DNA from: an uncultured Bacteroidales bacterium
GTDB lineage: Bacteria > Bacteroidota > Bacteroidia > Bacteroidales > FEN-979
Assembly (NCBI GenBank): GCA_963800585.1
Contig: CAWDBP010000007.1
Span: forward strand, 371,770-435,769
Direction: 5' to 3'
Length of the DNA stretch: 64,000 bases
The position numbers and the translations under genes are program-made. Positions 9,387 to 18,962 of the stretch are shown here, in pieces. The notes beneath the pieces were generated by a model. It was not told the origin of the DNA. It saw only the letters and a list, made by a program, of their open reading frames with translations, and did no database searches. Numbering within the stretch: the stretch's first letter is position 1; every line of letters begins with the position of its first letter.

Positions 9387-10622
9387 ATGAAAAAAATTAT
9401 CTACATTCTATTTTACTTTCTTCCAGTTGTTGTTTTTGCTCAACAACCATGATACAAATCTTCCTCCGGAGATACATTGTGGAAGAATGTTGGTAATGCT
9501 GGTTTCTCAGCAGGAAAGGTTTTATATCCAAGCATTGCTCTCAGTCCAACTGATGGCCAACCTTATCTGGCATATATGGATTATGGAAAATACCAAAAAG
9601 CAACTGTAATGAAATTTAATGGATCTAACTGGGTGAATGTTGGTAATGCTGGCTTCTCAACAGGAGAGGCTCAGTGGACAAGTCTTGCGTTTAGTCCAAC
9701 GGATGGTCAACCCTATATTGCGTTTTGGGATGGTGGAAATTCAAAGAAAGCCACAGTAATGAAATTTAACGGGACAGACTGGGTGAATGTTGGAAATGCT
9801 GGTTTCTCGGCTGGGAAAATTGTTTATACGAGCATTGCCTTCAGCTCGATTGGTCAACCTTATGTTGCTTATTCAGATGATAAAAATTCTGAGAAAGCAA
9901 CGGTAATGAAATTTAATGGCTCCAATTGGGTGAATGTTGGAAATTCTGGTTTCTCAGCTGGAGCTGCTTGGGACGAAAGTCTCGCTTTCAGCCCATGGGG
10001 TCAACCTTATGTGGCTTATATGGATGAAGCGAATTCCCAAAAGGTTACCGTAATGAAATTTGACGGTACAAAATGGGTTTATGTAGGAAATCCAGGGTTT
10101 TCTGCAGGAGCTGCGTATTGTGAAAGCCTCGCATTCAGTCCCACTGGACAACCCTATGTGGCATATGAAGATACTACGAATTCCTTTAAAGCAACGGTGA
10201 TGACATACACCGGCACCAATTGGACGAATGTTGGAATTGAGGGTTTCTCAGGTGGAGCTAGTCAAAGTGAATGTCTAGTCTTCAGTTCAACAGGTCAACT
10301 TTATATAGCCTATGAAGATGCATCTTTCTCATATAATGCTACAGTATTGAAATATGGAGCACCCGCTAGGATAAATGAATTAAAAGCTTCAAAGCTAACA
10401 ATTTATCCGAATCCTTCGACGGATAAAATTACTATTGAAATATCAACCCCCCTATCCCAAAGCCAATTATCAATTCTAAACCTTTCAGGCGAGGAACTTA
10501 TCATAATCCCAATCACAAAATCAAAAACACAAATAGACATTAGCAATCTACCTTGCGGGATTTATTTTGTGAGACTCACAAATGAAAAGAATTTTGAAGT
10601 AGGAAAGATAATCAAGAATTAG
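9387..10622 (+). pseudogene. T9SS cargo protein (six ~49-aa repeats) interrupted by an in-frame TGA after the signal peptide
   Basis: ATG 9387 gives MKKIIYILFYFLPVVVFAQQP, then TGA at 9450-9452, then the same frame continues YKSSSGDTLWKNVGNAGF. Six repeats follow (NVGNAGFSAG...SLAFSP.GQPYVAY.D...ATVMKFNG..WV). The C-terminus LTIYPNPSTDKITIE...GIYFVRLTNEKNFEVGKIIKN is a T9SS sorting domain. Confidence 0.7.
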
Positions 10623-10730
10623 CTTTACAGATTAATATAGCTTACTGCTACGAGCATCTTGTCTGCTTGTTTAAAGTACCCATTCAACTGACTACCATTG
10701 GGAATAAATAGATTACTTCACCTCACTATA

Positions 10731-10874
10731 CTAAAACGCAGCGTCACTGATCGTATGATTGAGAGATCTGAATGGCCTGATTGATACAAGTGCATGGTTA
10801 TGTGACATCTTACCTGCTACCGAATGGATCTTCGTAGTCTCAAGCACTTTCTTTAAATGAAGTGATGGAAGGAT
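10731..10874 (-). pseudogene. Possible relic of a YifB/ComM-type Mg-chelatase-like ATPase gene
   Basis: The last 48 codons of ORF 10731-10988 read LILPSLHLKKVLETTKIHSVAGKMSHNHALVSIRPFRSLNHTISDAAF*. This resembles the ILPPL..EALE.TKIHSVAG...RPFR.PHHT.S segment of YifB/ComM as recalled from memory. No flanking AAA+ motifs are present. Confidence 0.45.
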
Positions 10875-10916
10875 CAATTTTTCGAGATATCCCTTGACGT
10901 TCCCTTTATATTTCAC

Positions 10917-10924
10917 TACATTTG
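10917..10924 (+). promoter_or_regulatory. Bacteroidota -7 promoter box (TACATTTG)
   Basis: An exact TAnnTTTG lies 22 nt upstream of ATG 10946 and supports that start choice. Confidence 0.45.
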
Positions 10925-10945
10925 TTATTATATTCCAAATCCGTA

Positions 10946-11434
10946 ATGTCGAAGAAGATATTTTTGGAAATCCGGTCAGAACCGGCAATTTTTACCCTTA
11001 TTGGCATTTCCTGCCATCTGAAGGATTACCGTATTTCTTTCCTTTTGAACAAGTATCTGGGATTGGATTTTCTTAAAATTGAGGATTTGAAAATTACTTT
11101 GACTGAAAAAAAAGATCCTGCAGAATTTTCCCTTTATACATATTCCGACGAAGATTATTTTAATAAATATTACCTGGTTTGTAACCATTGCCAGGAATAC
11201 GTGCTGGCACCCGAAATAAAACAGGTGGATTTTCTAATGATTGTGGAAGGTGAGTTCAAAAAACCACAGAAAGACCGGCTGATAAGATCACTCAGGAGCA
11301 TTCCGAATATCCTTACAGCTTATGAGATTAAATTTGCAGAGATAAAAAATTATGAAACGCTCTTAAACGATATGGAGATGCACTTAATAAACATTGCGAA
11401 AGAGAAAAAAAATAAATATCAATTCAAAAGTTAA
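10946..11434 (+). CDS. IPExxxVDY-family-like small protein
   Basis: 162 aa from ATG 10946 (track ORF from 10922). It contains LAPEIKQVDFLMIVEG, close to the IPExxxVDY signature of a Bacteroidota-restricted family of this size. Function is unknown. Confidence 0.5.
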   Translation: MSKKIFLEIRSEPAIFTLIGISCHLKDYRISFLLNKYLGLDFLKIEDLKITLTEKKDPAEFSLYTYSDEDYFNKYYLVCNHCQEYVLAPEIKQVDFLMIVEGEFKKPQKDRLIRSLRSIPNILTAYEIKFAEIKNYETLLNDMEMHLINIAKEKKNKYQFKS

Positions 11435-11449
11435 AAAAGGAGGTGTACT

Positions 11450-11797
11450 ATGTTTGAAAATTTGAAACAAGCCTTTGATAAAGGGGTAGAATTTGCCTTT
11501 TCGACAACTGAAAAAGTTGAAAAAGCTGCAATAGAGTTTGCGAAAGAGAATAATCTCAATAAAGAAGAAGCCAAAAAACTAATCAATCATTGGGTCAAAA
11601 AATCGGAAGAGATGAAGAAGACCCTTGAAAAACAAATCGCTGAACTCCAGAAAACGACAATTACCAAAATGAACCTTGTGACCATGGAGGATTATAAGGT
11701 TTTAGAGGCCCGGATCAATAAACTGGAAGGAAAAGGGGAAAAACCGATTAAAGCAAAACCAGTAAAAAAAGTGGCGAGAAAAAAGCCCCTTAGTTAA
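11450..11797 (+). CDS. Phasin-like coiled-coil protein (COG3937-type)
   Basis: 115 aa, Lys/Glu-rich and helical. The C-terminal MNLVTMEDYKVLEARINKLEGK matches the typical phasin-like tail. It lies immediately upstream of ubiB. Confidence 0.5.
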   Translation: MFENLKQAFDKGVEFAFSTTEKVEKAAIEFAKENNLNKEEAKKLINHWVKKSEEMKKTLEKQIAELQKTTITKMNLVTMEDYKVLEARINKLEGKGEKPIKAKPVKKVARKKPLS

Positions 11798-11899
11798 TAG
11801 GATATCGTACCTGTGAGATCAGGATCGGATTAAGTTACGGAAAACCTGATCCGGCAGAGAGATTCATAACATGTCTCATAGTACTAAACTCGAAAAGCT

Positions 11900-13549
11900 G
11901 TGAATGTTTTAAATCTAGGGACGACGGTCAGTGAGATCGGACGTGCGAGGGAAATCATTGGAGCTGCAGTTAAATACGGTTTTAACGACTGGGTAACAAA
12001 GAACGGGTTGGGCAAGTTGCTGGTCTCAAAGAAACGCCTTGCCCGCATCGAAAAATATACAAAAGCGGAACGGATACGAATGGCAGTGGAGGAATTAGGA
12101 CCGACATTCATAAAATTCGGACAACTCCTCGCCGACCGTCCCGATATTGTTCCTGAAGAGTTACGTATTGAATTACGGAAGCTGCAGGATGAAGCAGTTC
12201 CCATGCCTGATGAATTGGCTATCGCTGAAATAGAGAAGAATCTGGGTCATCCCGTTTCGGAATTATTTAAGGAATTTGATACCCGTCGCCTTGCTTCTGC
12301 TTCTGTTGCTCAGACCTACCGGGCGACCTTGCTGAACGGGGAAAATGTTTGTGTAAAGGTTCAGCGGCCCGGAATCGACAAAAAAATCAACCTCGACCTG
12401 AACCTGATGCGATATTTTGCAGCCCGGTCACAACGTAATAACCCTGAAATGGAAGCAATAAACCTTGTGGGTGTGGTTGAGGAATTTGGGAAGACTATCA
12501 ATAAGGAATTGGATTTTCGTCATGAAGCAGCCAATGTGATCAGATTCAGCCATTGCTTTGAAGGGGATCCGGATATCTATGTACCAAAAGTATACCAGGA
12601 GTTTACAACTGAAAAGATCCTGGTCGAGGAATTCATCGAAGGTATTAAGGTGAGTGAGCTGGAAACGCTTCTCTCCTCAGGAAGCGATCCTGTGGAGCTT
12701 GCAAAAAAAGCTATGCGTCTGGTATTCGAACAGATCTTTACACATGGATTTTTTCACGCCGATCCTCACCCCGGCAATATTTTTATCAAAGACAAGCATG
12801 TTATCGCATTCATCGATTATGGGATGATGGGAACCATAAGGCCTGAGCATCTGCAATTCCTTGGGAAATATGTACTGGGATATATAAAGCGGGATGCTCA
12901 TGATCTTACGGAAGCCTTGCTTTTATTATCCGGGAAAAGGAATTTCAGGCGGTTCAAGGATCTCGAATTCCAGATCGCCGATATGCTGGCACATTATAAA
13001 TATTTGTCCATCGATGAAATGGATTTTGGCAAGGTGATGAATGAATCCATCGATATCATCGTTGGATATGGCTTGCGGATCCCTCCCGGTATTTACCTTC
13101 TTGTAAAAGCCCTGATTACTATTGAAAGGGTGGCAATAGAACTCTATCCCGAGATCGATTTTGCAAAAGAGATGAAACCATATGCAGTCGAACTGATGAA
13201 ACAACAGTACAGTCCGGCGAGATTAGCTGAGGAAATCTTTGAATCCATAAAGGAATACTATAAACTCATCAAGGAATTACCATCCGATCTGAACGAGATC
13301 ATTTATAAGGTCAAAGAAGGACGGTTTAAAACCATGATTGAACTTAAAGGATTTGACCCCTTGACAGAGCAAATAGACCAGGCGAGCAACCGTGTTTCCA
13401 TTGCAATCGTGGTTGCTTCACTTATAATCGGGGCCTCCATCATTTCCCAATGGCAAAACGTCCGTTGGATCGGTACCATCGTTTTCTTCCTGGCCGGAAT
13501 ATTCGGATTCCTGCTGATCATTCGATTGTTCAGAAGAAACAAGTTTTAG
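11900..13549 (+). CDS. ubiB: ABC1/UbiB-family atypical kinase
   Basis: 549 aa with a GTG start. Motifs are GPTFIKFGQLLADRPDIVPEELRIELRKLQD, ASVAQTYRA and FHADPHPGNIF. Two C-terminal TM helices are present. Confidence 0.9.
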   Translation: MNVLNLGTTVSEIGRAREIIGAAVKYGFNDWVTKNGLGKLLVSKKRLARIEKYTKAERIRMAVEELGPTFIKFGQLLADRPDIVPEELRIELRKLQDEAVPMPDELAIAEIEKNLGHPVSELFKEFDTRRLASASVAQTYRATLLNGENVCVKVQRPGIDKKINLDLNLMRYFAARSQRNNPEMEAINLVGVVEEFGKTINKELDFRHEAANVIRFSHCFEGDPDIYVPKVYQEFTTEKILVEEFIEGIKVSELETLLSSGSDPVELAKKAMRLVFEQIFTHGFFHADPHPGNIFIKDKHVIAFIDYGMMGTIRPEHLQFLGKYVLGYIKRDAHDLTEALLLLSGKRNFRRFKDLEFQIADMLAHYKYLSIDEMDFGKVMNESIDIIVGYGLRIPPGIYLLVKALITIERVAIELYPEIDFAKEMKPYAVELMKQQYSPARLAEEIFESIKEYYKLIKELPSDLNEIIYKVKEGRFKTMIELKGFDPLTEQIDQASNRVSIAIVVASLIIGASIISQWQNVRWIGTIVFFLAGIFGFLLIIRLFRRNKF

Positions 13550-13678
13550 AGAATGTCGGGCTCTATATTTCTCTGAATGATGGTAACGTCTATTTGTCAG
13601 ATGCCTATAATCATATTTCTATTAATAGCGAATAGATGTTCTTACATCAAATTCATGTTTTCATAATAAATACTATTT

Positions 13679-14302
13679 TTGAACGCTAAATCTTCTTTCA
13701 TCAGGAACATTATAAAATATATCTTTGATCGGTTGCTGGCCCTGGTTTCCGTGGTTGCCTTATTTCCTGTGTTGTTAACAATAACAATTGGGATAAAGAT
13801 ATCATTACGGGGACCAGTGTTTTTCAGACAGAAAAGGATCGGGAAGGATGGTCGCCTATTTACTATTATTAAATTCAGAACCATGGTGAACACGGATGAT
13901 CCCAATACAATTACTACATCAAATGATAGCCGGATCACCAAACCAGGTGCATTTCTCCGGAAATGGAAACTGGATGAACTCCCTGAATTGATCAATGTCT
14001 TAAGGGGTGAAATGAGTTTTGTAGGTCCCAGGCCAGATGTTCCCGGATATGCAGATCTGCTGAAAGGGGATGAAAGACGGATCCTGTCTATGAGGCCAGG
14101 GATTACAGGCCCCGCTTCGCTTAAATATTATAACGAAGAAGAAATTCTGGCCGGGGTGGAAAATCCAAAGGAATATAATAACCTGGTCCTTTTCCCTGAC
14201 AAGGTAAGAATTAACCTGAAATACCTGGAGAGGCATTCACTGTTTGAGGATTTGAAAATTATCATTTATACAATTCTAAGAAAGAAGAATTATGAATACT
14301 AA
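13679..14302 (+). CDS. Undecaprenyl-phosphate sugar phosphotransferase (PglC / WbaP C-terminal type)
   Basis: 207 aa with one N-terminal TM helix. Motifs are QKRIGKDGRLFTIIKFRTM and DELPELINVLRGEMSFVGPRP. TTG 13679 is the only listed initiator, so the exact start is uncertain. Confidence 0.85.
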   Translation: MNAKSSFIRNIIKYIFDRLLALVSVVALFPVLLTITIGIKISLRGPVFFRQKRIGKDGRLFTIIKFRTMVNTDDPNTITTSNDSRITKPGAFLRKWKLDELPELINVLRGEMSFVGPRPDVPGYADLLKGDERRILSMRPGITGPASLKYYNEEEILAGVENPKEYNNLVLFPDKVRINLKYLERHSLFEDLKIIIYTILRKKNYEY

Positions 14303-15428
14303 GATCTGGTTATCGCCTCCTCACATGAGTGGTGCTGAGGGAAAATATATCAGGGAGGCTTTTGATACGAATTGGATAGCTCCTGTCGGGCCCAACATAG
14401 ATGAATTTGAGCGGGCATTATCACGATACCTGGATGGTTATGACTGTGCTGCATTGAGCTCAGGAACTGCTGCAATCCACCTTGCATTGATCCTGCTGAA
14501 TGTCAAACAGGAGGATGAGGTCATCGTTTCTGATTTTACATTTGCCGGTACTGTCAATCCAATTGTTTACCTGGGGGCAACACCTGTGTTTGTTGACAGT
14601 GAGATGCAATCCTGGAATATGGATCCCCACCTGCTTGAAGAGGCCATCATTGACAGGCTGAAAACAGGTAAAAAACCTAAGGCAATCATTTTTGTTGACA
14701 TCTATGGAATGCCTGCCAACATGGATGTACTTCTTGAAATATCGTCAAAATATGATATCCCTTTGATCGAAGATTCAGCAGAGGCGCTGGGGAGTAAATA
14801 TAATGGACATCATTGTGGTACTTTTGGTGAAATAGGAACCCTCTCGTTCAATGGCAACAAAATCATAACAACCTCTGCTGGAGGAGCAATTGTTTCAAGG
14901 AACCCGGCTTATATAAGCCGGGCGAAGTATCTTGCAGCACAGGCAAAAGAAAATACTACTCACTTCGAGCACCTGCAAATCGGATTTAATTACAAGATGA
15001 GTAATGTGCTGGCCGGTATCGGACGAGGTCAACTTGAGGTCATTGAAGACAGAATAGCTGCACGGCGTCACAACAATCACCGCTATCGTGAATTGTTATC
15101 AGATATTCCCGGGTTGATTTTTCAATCAGAACCGGATAATAAATATTTTTCAAATTTTTGGCTGACATCCGTTCTTTTCAATGAACCTGAGGAGCATTTT
15201 AATTCCGAATCGGTTACACAGTCATTGAGGCAGGATAACATCGATCCACGTCCATTAATGAAGCCCATGCATATGCAACCGGTATTTAAAGACCACCCTG
15301 CTTTCCTGAATGGCTTTTCGGAAAAACTCTTTATGAACGGATTATCTTTGCCATCTGGATCAAACCTGGTTGAACATGATCTTGAAAGGATTGTTGGAAG
15401 AATCCGATCGGTCAGAGGAGTAAAGTAA
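14292..15428 (+). CDS. DegT/DnrJ/EryC1/StrS-family sugar aminotransferase
   Basis: 378 aa with SSGTAAIHLAL and the PLP-lysine context SFNGNKIITTSAGGAIV. It overlaps the sugar transferase gene by 11 nt. Confidence 0.88.
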   Translation: MNTKIWLSPPHMSGAEGKYIREAFDTNWIAPVGPNIDEFERALSRYLDGYDCAALSSGTAAIHLALILLNVKQEDEVIVSDFTFAGTVNPIVYLGATPVFVDSEMQSWNMDPHLLEEAIIDRLKTGKKPKAIIFVDIYGMPANMDVLLEISSKYDIPLIEDSAEALGSKYNGHHCGTFGEIGTLSFNGNKIITTSAGGAIVSRNPAYISRAKYLAAQAKENTTHFEHLQIGFNYKMSNVLAGIGRGQLEVIEDRIAARRHNNHRYRELLSDIPGLIFQSEPDNKYFSNFWLTSVLFNEPEEHFNSESVTQSLRQDNIDPRPLMKPMHMQPVFKDHPAFLNGFSEKLFMNGLSLPSGSNLVEHDLERIVGRIRSVRGVK

Positions 15429-15495
15429 AACATTTTAACGGGGAAGAGATCTTTTTCTGCATACAACCAGGTCATTTATCACTGAATTTTAAACC

Positions 15496-16521
15496 ATGAC
15501 TCCTTTTGTCTCCATATTGGTTCCTTGCTATAATGAAGAGCGGTTTATCAAAACGCTTTTGGAAAATATTCTTCAACAGGATTATCCGGTGAATGATCTG
15601 GAAATTATTATGATTGACGGAAACAGCACCGACAAAACCAGAGATATCATCAGTGAATATGCTTCCAGGCATCCAAATATAACCCTGTTGGACAATCCCG
15701 GACGGTATGTCCCATTTGCCCTAAATTCCGGGATCAGGCAAGCAAAAGGAGAGGTGATTATTCGGATGGATGCCCATTCTGAATATCCGGCAAATTATGT
15801 ATCACGATTAGTCTATTATCTCTTTGAGTTAGAAGCCGACAATGTTGGTGGAACCTGGATCACCCTGCCTGCTGATTCCAGGATGAAATCACTTGCCATC
15901 GCCCGGTCGCTCTCTTCCCCGTTTGGGATAGGAAATGCAGAGTACCGTCTGAATGTCAAAAAAATACGCAGGGTGGATACAGTCCCCTTCGGTTGTTACC
16001 ACAAATCGATATTTGAAAAGATTGGAATGTTTGATGAAGAGTTGCTGCGTAACCAGGACATTGAATTTAATGGCAGGATTCTTAAAAACGGCGGGACTAT
16101 TTATCTTGTTCCCGATGTTAATATGATTTATTATTCGCGTGACTCGGTGAAGAAGATCTTGAAAATGTTTTTTCAATACAGCATGTTCAGGCCCCTGGTA
16201 AATAAAAAACTTAAAATGACATTACAACTGCGTCAGTTCATACCTCCTATCTGGGTAATCTTTTTACTCTCGACTTTGATCGGCTCATTCTTCTCAAAAG
16301 TTTCAGGGCTGGCCCTTCTTAGCGGGTTAGGATTATACTTGGTCTGTGATCTGTTTTTTTCCGTTCAATCTGCTGTTGATGAGAAGAAGTGGGGGTTAAT
16401 GATGTACCTTCCCTGGATCTATTTTTTCCTCCATATTTCTTACGGCTGCGGTTATATTATAGGAATAATCAAATTCAGGATTCTCCATCGAAAACCCAGG
16501 GAAATCTCTTCTACCCGTTAA
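15496..16521 (+). CDS. Family 2 glycosyltransferase with C-terminal TM helices
   Basis: 341 aa with SILVPCYNEE, IMIDGNSTD and RMDAHSEYP (DxD/DxH context). Confidence 0.85.
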   Translation: MTPFVSILVPCYNEERFIKTLLENILQQDYPVNDLEIIMIDGNSTDKTRDIISEYASRHPNITLLDNPGRYVPFALNSGIRQAKGEVIIRMDAHSEYPANYVSRLVYYLFELEADNVGGTWITLPADSRMKSLAIARSLSSPFGIGNAEYRLNVKKIRRVDTVPFGCYHKSIFEKIGMFDEELLRNQDIEFNGRILKNGGTIYLVPDVNMIYYSRDSVKKILKMFFQYSMFRPLVNKKLKMTLQLRQFIPPIWVIFLLSTLIGSFFSKVSGLALLSGLGLYLVCDLFFSVQSAVDEKKWGLMMYLPWIYFFLHISYGCGYIIGIIKFRILHRKPREISSTR

Positions 16522-16552
16522 ACCGTGAATTCATAAGAAGTCCTGAATGATA

Positions 16553-16590
16553 GGCCTGTGAAAACAGGTCATTTGTGTTGTCTTTTTCCC
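16553..16590 (+). terminator. Hairpin terminator candidate after the GT2 gene
   Basis: GGCCTGT (16553-16559) pairs with ACAGGTC (16564-16570) around a GAAA tetraloop, followed by ATTTGTGTTGTCTTTTT. Confidence 0.4.
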
Positions 16591-16629
16591 CGTCAGATTT
16601 CCTTAAATTCCCAATCTTTATTCATTATC

Positions 16630-17652
16630 TTACATTACTCCTTTGAACTGATTGAGGAACCGAAGATCGTTTTCAAAAAATAGCCGGAGGTCTTTGATTT
16701 GGTATTTAAGCATTGTGACGCGTTCAATACCCATACCGAAAGCGAACCCGGTATAAATTTCACTGTCGATTTTGCAGTTTTCGAGAACTGCAGGATCGAC
16801 CATCCCGCAACCAAGTATTTCCACCCATCCTGTATATTTACAGATATTGCATCCTTTTCCACCACAGATATTACAGGAAACATCCATCTCTCCCGAAGGT
16901 TCGGTGAATGGGAAATAAGACGGACGCAGACGGATCTGCGTATTTTCCCCGAACATCTCTTTGGCAAAATACAAGAGAGTTTGCTTTAGATCTCGGAAGG
17001 AAACATCTCTATCCACGTACAATCCTTCCACCTGGTGGAAAATGCAATGAGCCCTTGCTGATATGACTTCATTCCGGAACACCCTGCCTGGGAAAATGCT
17101 ACGGATCGGAGGCTGATTCTTCTCCATCACTCGGATTTGGACGGATGAGGTATGTGTGCGCAAGGCGATATCCGGATTCTTCTCAATGAAGAAAGTATCC
17201 TGCATATCGCGTGCAGGATGCTCTTCGGGAAAATTCAATGCTGTAAAATTGTGCCAGTCATCTTCAATCTCCCGGTCTTCGGCAACTGTATATCCTATAC
17301 GTGAAAAGATCTCAATGATCTGATTCCGGACAATCGATAAAGGATGCCTTGAGCCAGGTTCCATATAGTTTACAGGACGGGTGATGTCAAGATCTGATGC
17401 AGGGGTTTCACCATGGGATTCAAATTTCAGAATACATGCATCAATCTTTTCCTGGATGGCCAGTTTGAAGTCATTCAGGATCTTACCTGTCTCCTTCTTT
17501 TGTGCCGGAGGAACGGTCTTGAATTCTTCAAATAGTCCTGCAAGGATCCCTTTGCGGCCCTGGTAATGAATCCGGAATTGTTCAAGATCCTCCGGTGTGA
17601 GAACCGGAGTATCCTGAACTTCCCGGAATAAATTTTTAATCTTATCTAACAT
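16630..17652 (-). CDS. pheS: Phenylalanine--tRNA ligase alpha subunit
   Basis: 340 aa with HPARDMQDTFF, FPFTEPS and GFAFGMGIERV. Confidence 0.95.
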   Translation of the reverse strand: MLDKIKNLFREVQDTPVLTPEDLEQFRIHYQGRKGILAGLFEEFKTVPPAQKKETGKILNDFKLAIQEKIDACILKFESHGETPASDLDITRPVNYMEPGSRHPLSIVRNQIIEIFSRIGYTVAEDREIEDDWHNFTALNFPEEHPARDMQDTFFIEKNPDIALRTHTSSVQIRVMEKNQPPIRSIFPGRVFRNEVISARAHCIFHQVEGLYVDRDVSFRDLKQTLLYFAKEMFGENTQIRLRPSYFPFTEPSGEMDVSCNICGGKGCNICKYTGWVEILGCGMVDPAVLENCKIDSEIYTGFAFGMGIERVTMLKYQIKDLRLFFENDLRFLNQFKGVM

Positions 17653-17660
17653 TAAAAACT

Positions 17661-18239
17661 TTATTCAACAATTTTTATGGTCATTTTGATATCCTTTAAC
17701 GGACGGTCGACTGCATCTTTTGGTGCAGAAGCTATTTTATCAATAACGTCTAACCCATCAGTAATTTCACCGAATACCGTATAATTCATATCAAGGAAAT
17801 GTGTGCCGTTTTGGGGTTGTACGATGTAAAATTGACAGCCGGATGATGCTTTCTGAGGATTATCATTGCGTGCGGCAGCAAGTGCACCTCTTTTATGTTT
17901 CAGGTCGGGGTTGAATTCAGCAGGAATAGTGTATCCAACATCGCCGGTTCCCAGTCTTTGACCGGCCTTGGCGGTTTTTGACAGAGGGTCACCACCTTGG
18001 ATCATGAATCCCATGATCACACGGTGAAAAAGTAATCCATCATAAAATCCCGATTTTACCAACTTCACGAAATTGTCGCGATGTTTTGGAGTTTCATTGT
18101 AAAGGATGCCTTTCATGTCTCCAAATTCGGTATGGATCACAAATTTTACCTGTTTCTGGCCGGTTCCACCCCCCTGGGCACTGCTTGATACGTTCATCAT
18201 AAGAAGAAGAATAAAAGTAAGAAATGCAATTTTTTTCAT
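17661..18239 (-). CDS. Cyclophilin-type peptidyl-prolyl cis-trans isomerase (secreted)
   Basis: 192 aa with a signal peptide, FHRVIMGFMIQGGDP and YTVFGEI. Confidence 0.9.
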   Translation of the reverse strand: MKKIAFLTFILLLMMNVSSSAQGGGTGQKQVKFVIHTEFGDMKGILYNETPKHRDNFVKLVKSGFYDGLLFHRVIMGFMIQGGDPLSKTAKAGQRLGTGDVGYTIPAEFNPDLKHKRGALAAARNDNPQKASSGCQFYIVQPQNGTHFLDMNYTVFGEITDGLDVIDKIASAPKDAVDRPLKDIKMTIKIVE

Positions 18240-18298
18240 GGTTAAAAGATTTGGGTTTTACATACCGGACAAATTTAAGGAAAATTATTAACCCGGAA

Positions 18299-18883
18299 TC
18301 AGCGCGAAGGATGGTTTTTCTGTCTTTCGATAAAGCATTTTCTGCAGAGAGGCTCATATGCCTCCTTTTCCCCAAGCAAAACCTGTTGTTCATTTTTAAC
18401 GATCCGGTATGAATAATGTGCCAGGTCCCCGCAATTCATGCATATGGCATGGAGTTTCGTGACATATTCGGCGCTAGCGATAAGGGACGGCATGGGACCG
18501 AACGGTAATCCCATATAATCCAGGTCAAGACCGGCAACCAATACCCGGATTCCATTGTTTGCCATGGTATTGCAAACGTAGGTGATCTCCGAATCAAAGA
18601 ACTGGGCTTCATCAATCCCTACCACGGTCACATCATTGATCATTAGTAATATCTGTGAAGCGCTTTGAACAGGGGTGGATTGGATGGCATGTGCATCGTG
18701 GGTTACAATCTGGACTTCGCTGAAGCGTTCATCCAGGGCGGGTTTAAATATCTCAACCTTTTGTTTTGCGATTCTTGCCCTGTTGAGGCGGCGGATCAGT
18801 TCTTCGGTCTTTCCGGAAAACATCGATCCACAGATCACTTCGATCCAGCCGGCACGTGAGGGAATGTTTTTTTCAATAAGCAT
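18299..18883 (-). CDS. tdk: Thymidine kinase
   Basis: 194 aa with the P-loop [14 protein letters not shown] and a C-terminal zinc motif C..C...C..C. Confidence 0.93.
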   Translation of the reverse strand: MLIEKNIPSRAGWIEVICGSMFSGKTEELIRRLNRARIAKQKVEIFKPALDERFSEVQIVTHDAHAIQSTPVQSASQILLMINDVTVVGIDEAQFFDSEITYVCNTMANNGIRVLVAGLDLDYMGLPFGPMPSLIASAEYVTKLHAICMNCGDLAHYSYRIVKNEQQVLLGEKEAYEPLCRKCFIERQKNHPSR

Positions 18884-18962
18884 GAATACCCGAAAAAAGT
18901 TGATTATCTTTATGGCTCAATTCATCACAAAAGTAAGAAAATTCAGATTTGTCCATCCCATT

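Noticed and set aside
9450-9452. TGA recoding (Trp, Gly or Sec) as the explanation for the in-frame stop in the T9SS cargo gene.
   Set aside because: TGA clearly terminates other genes at their expected ends (pgi 1592-1594, USP 45379-45381, receiver ORF). No other gene in the window needs TGA read-through, and no Sec-type hairpin follows the codon.
10875-10988. Upstream part of minus-strand ORF 10731-10988 as a real gene start.
   Set aside because: It overlaps the promoter box and start of the + strand IPExxxVDY-like gene. Only the last ~48 codons resemble anything (a YifB/ComM segment), so it was treated as a relic rather than a CDS.
13674-13681. TATTTTTG box as the promoter of the sugar transferase gene.
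   Set aside because: It overlaps the only available initiator (TTG 13679) of an ORF whose conserved N-terminal IFDRLLAL segment must be translated. The match is probably fortuitous in AT-rich sequence.
18675-18962. N-terminal 96 codons of track ORF 18675-19664.
   Set aside because: This part runs antisense through the tdk coding region. The conserved-looking protein begins at ATG 18912 or 18963, after the tdk start.
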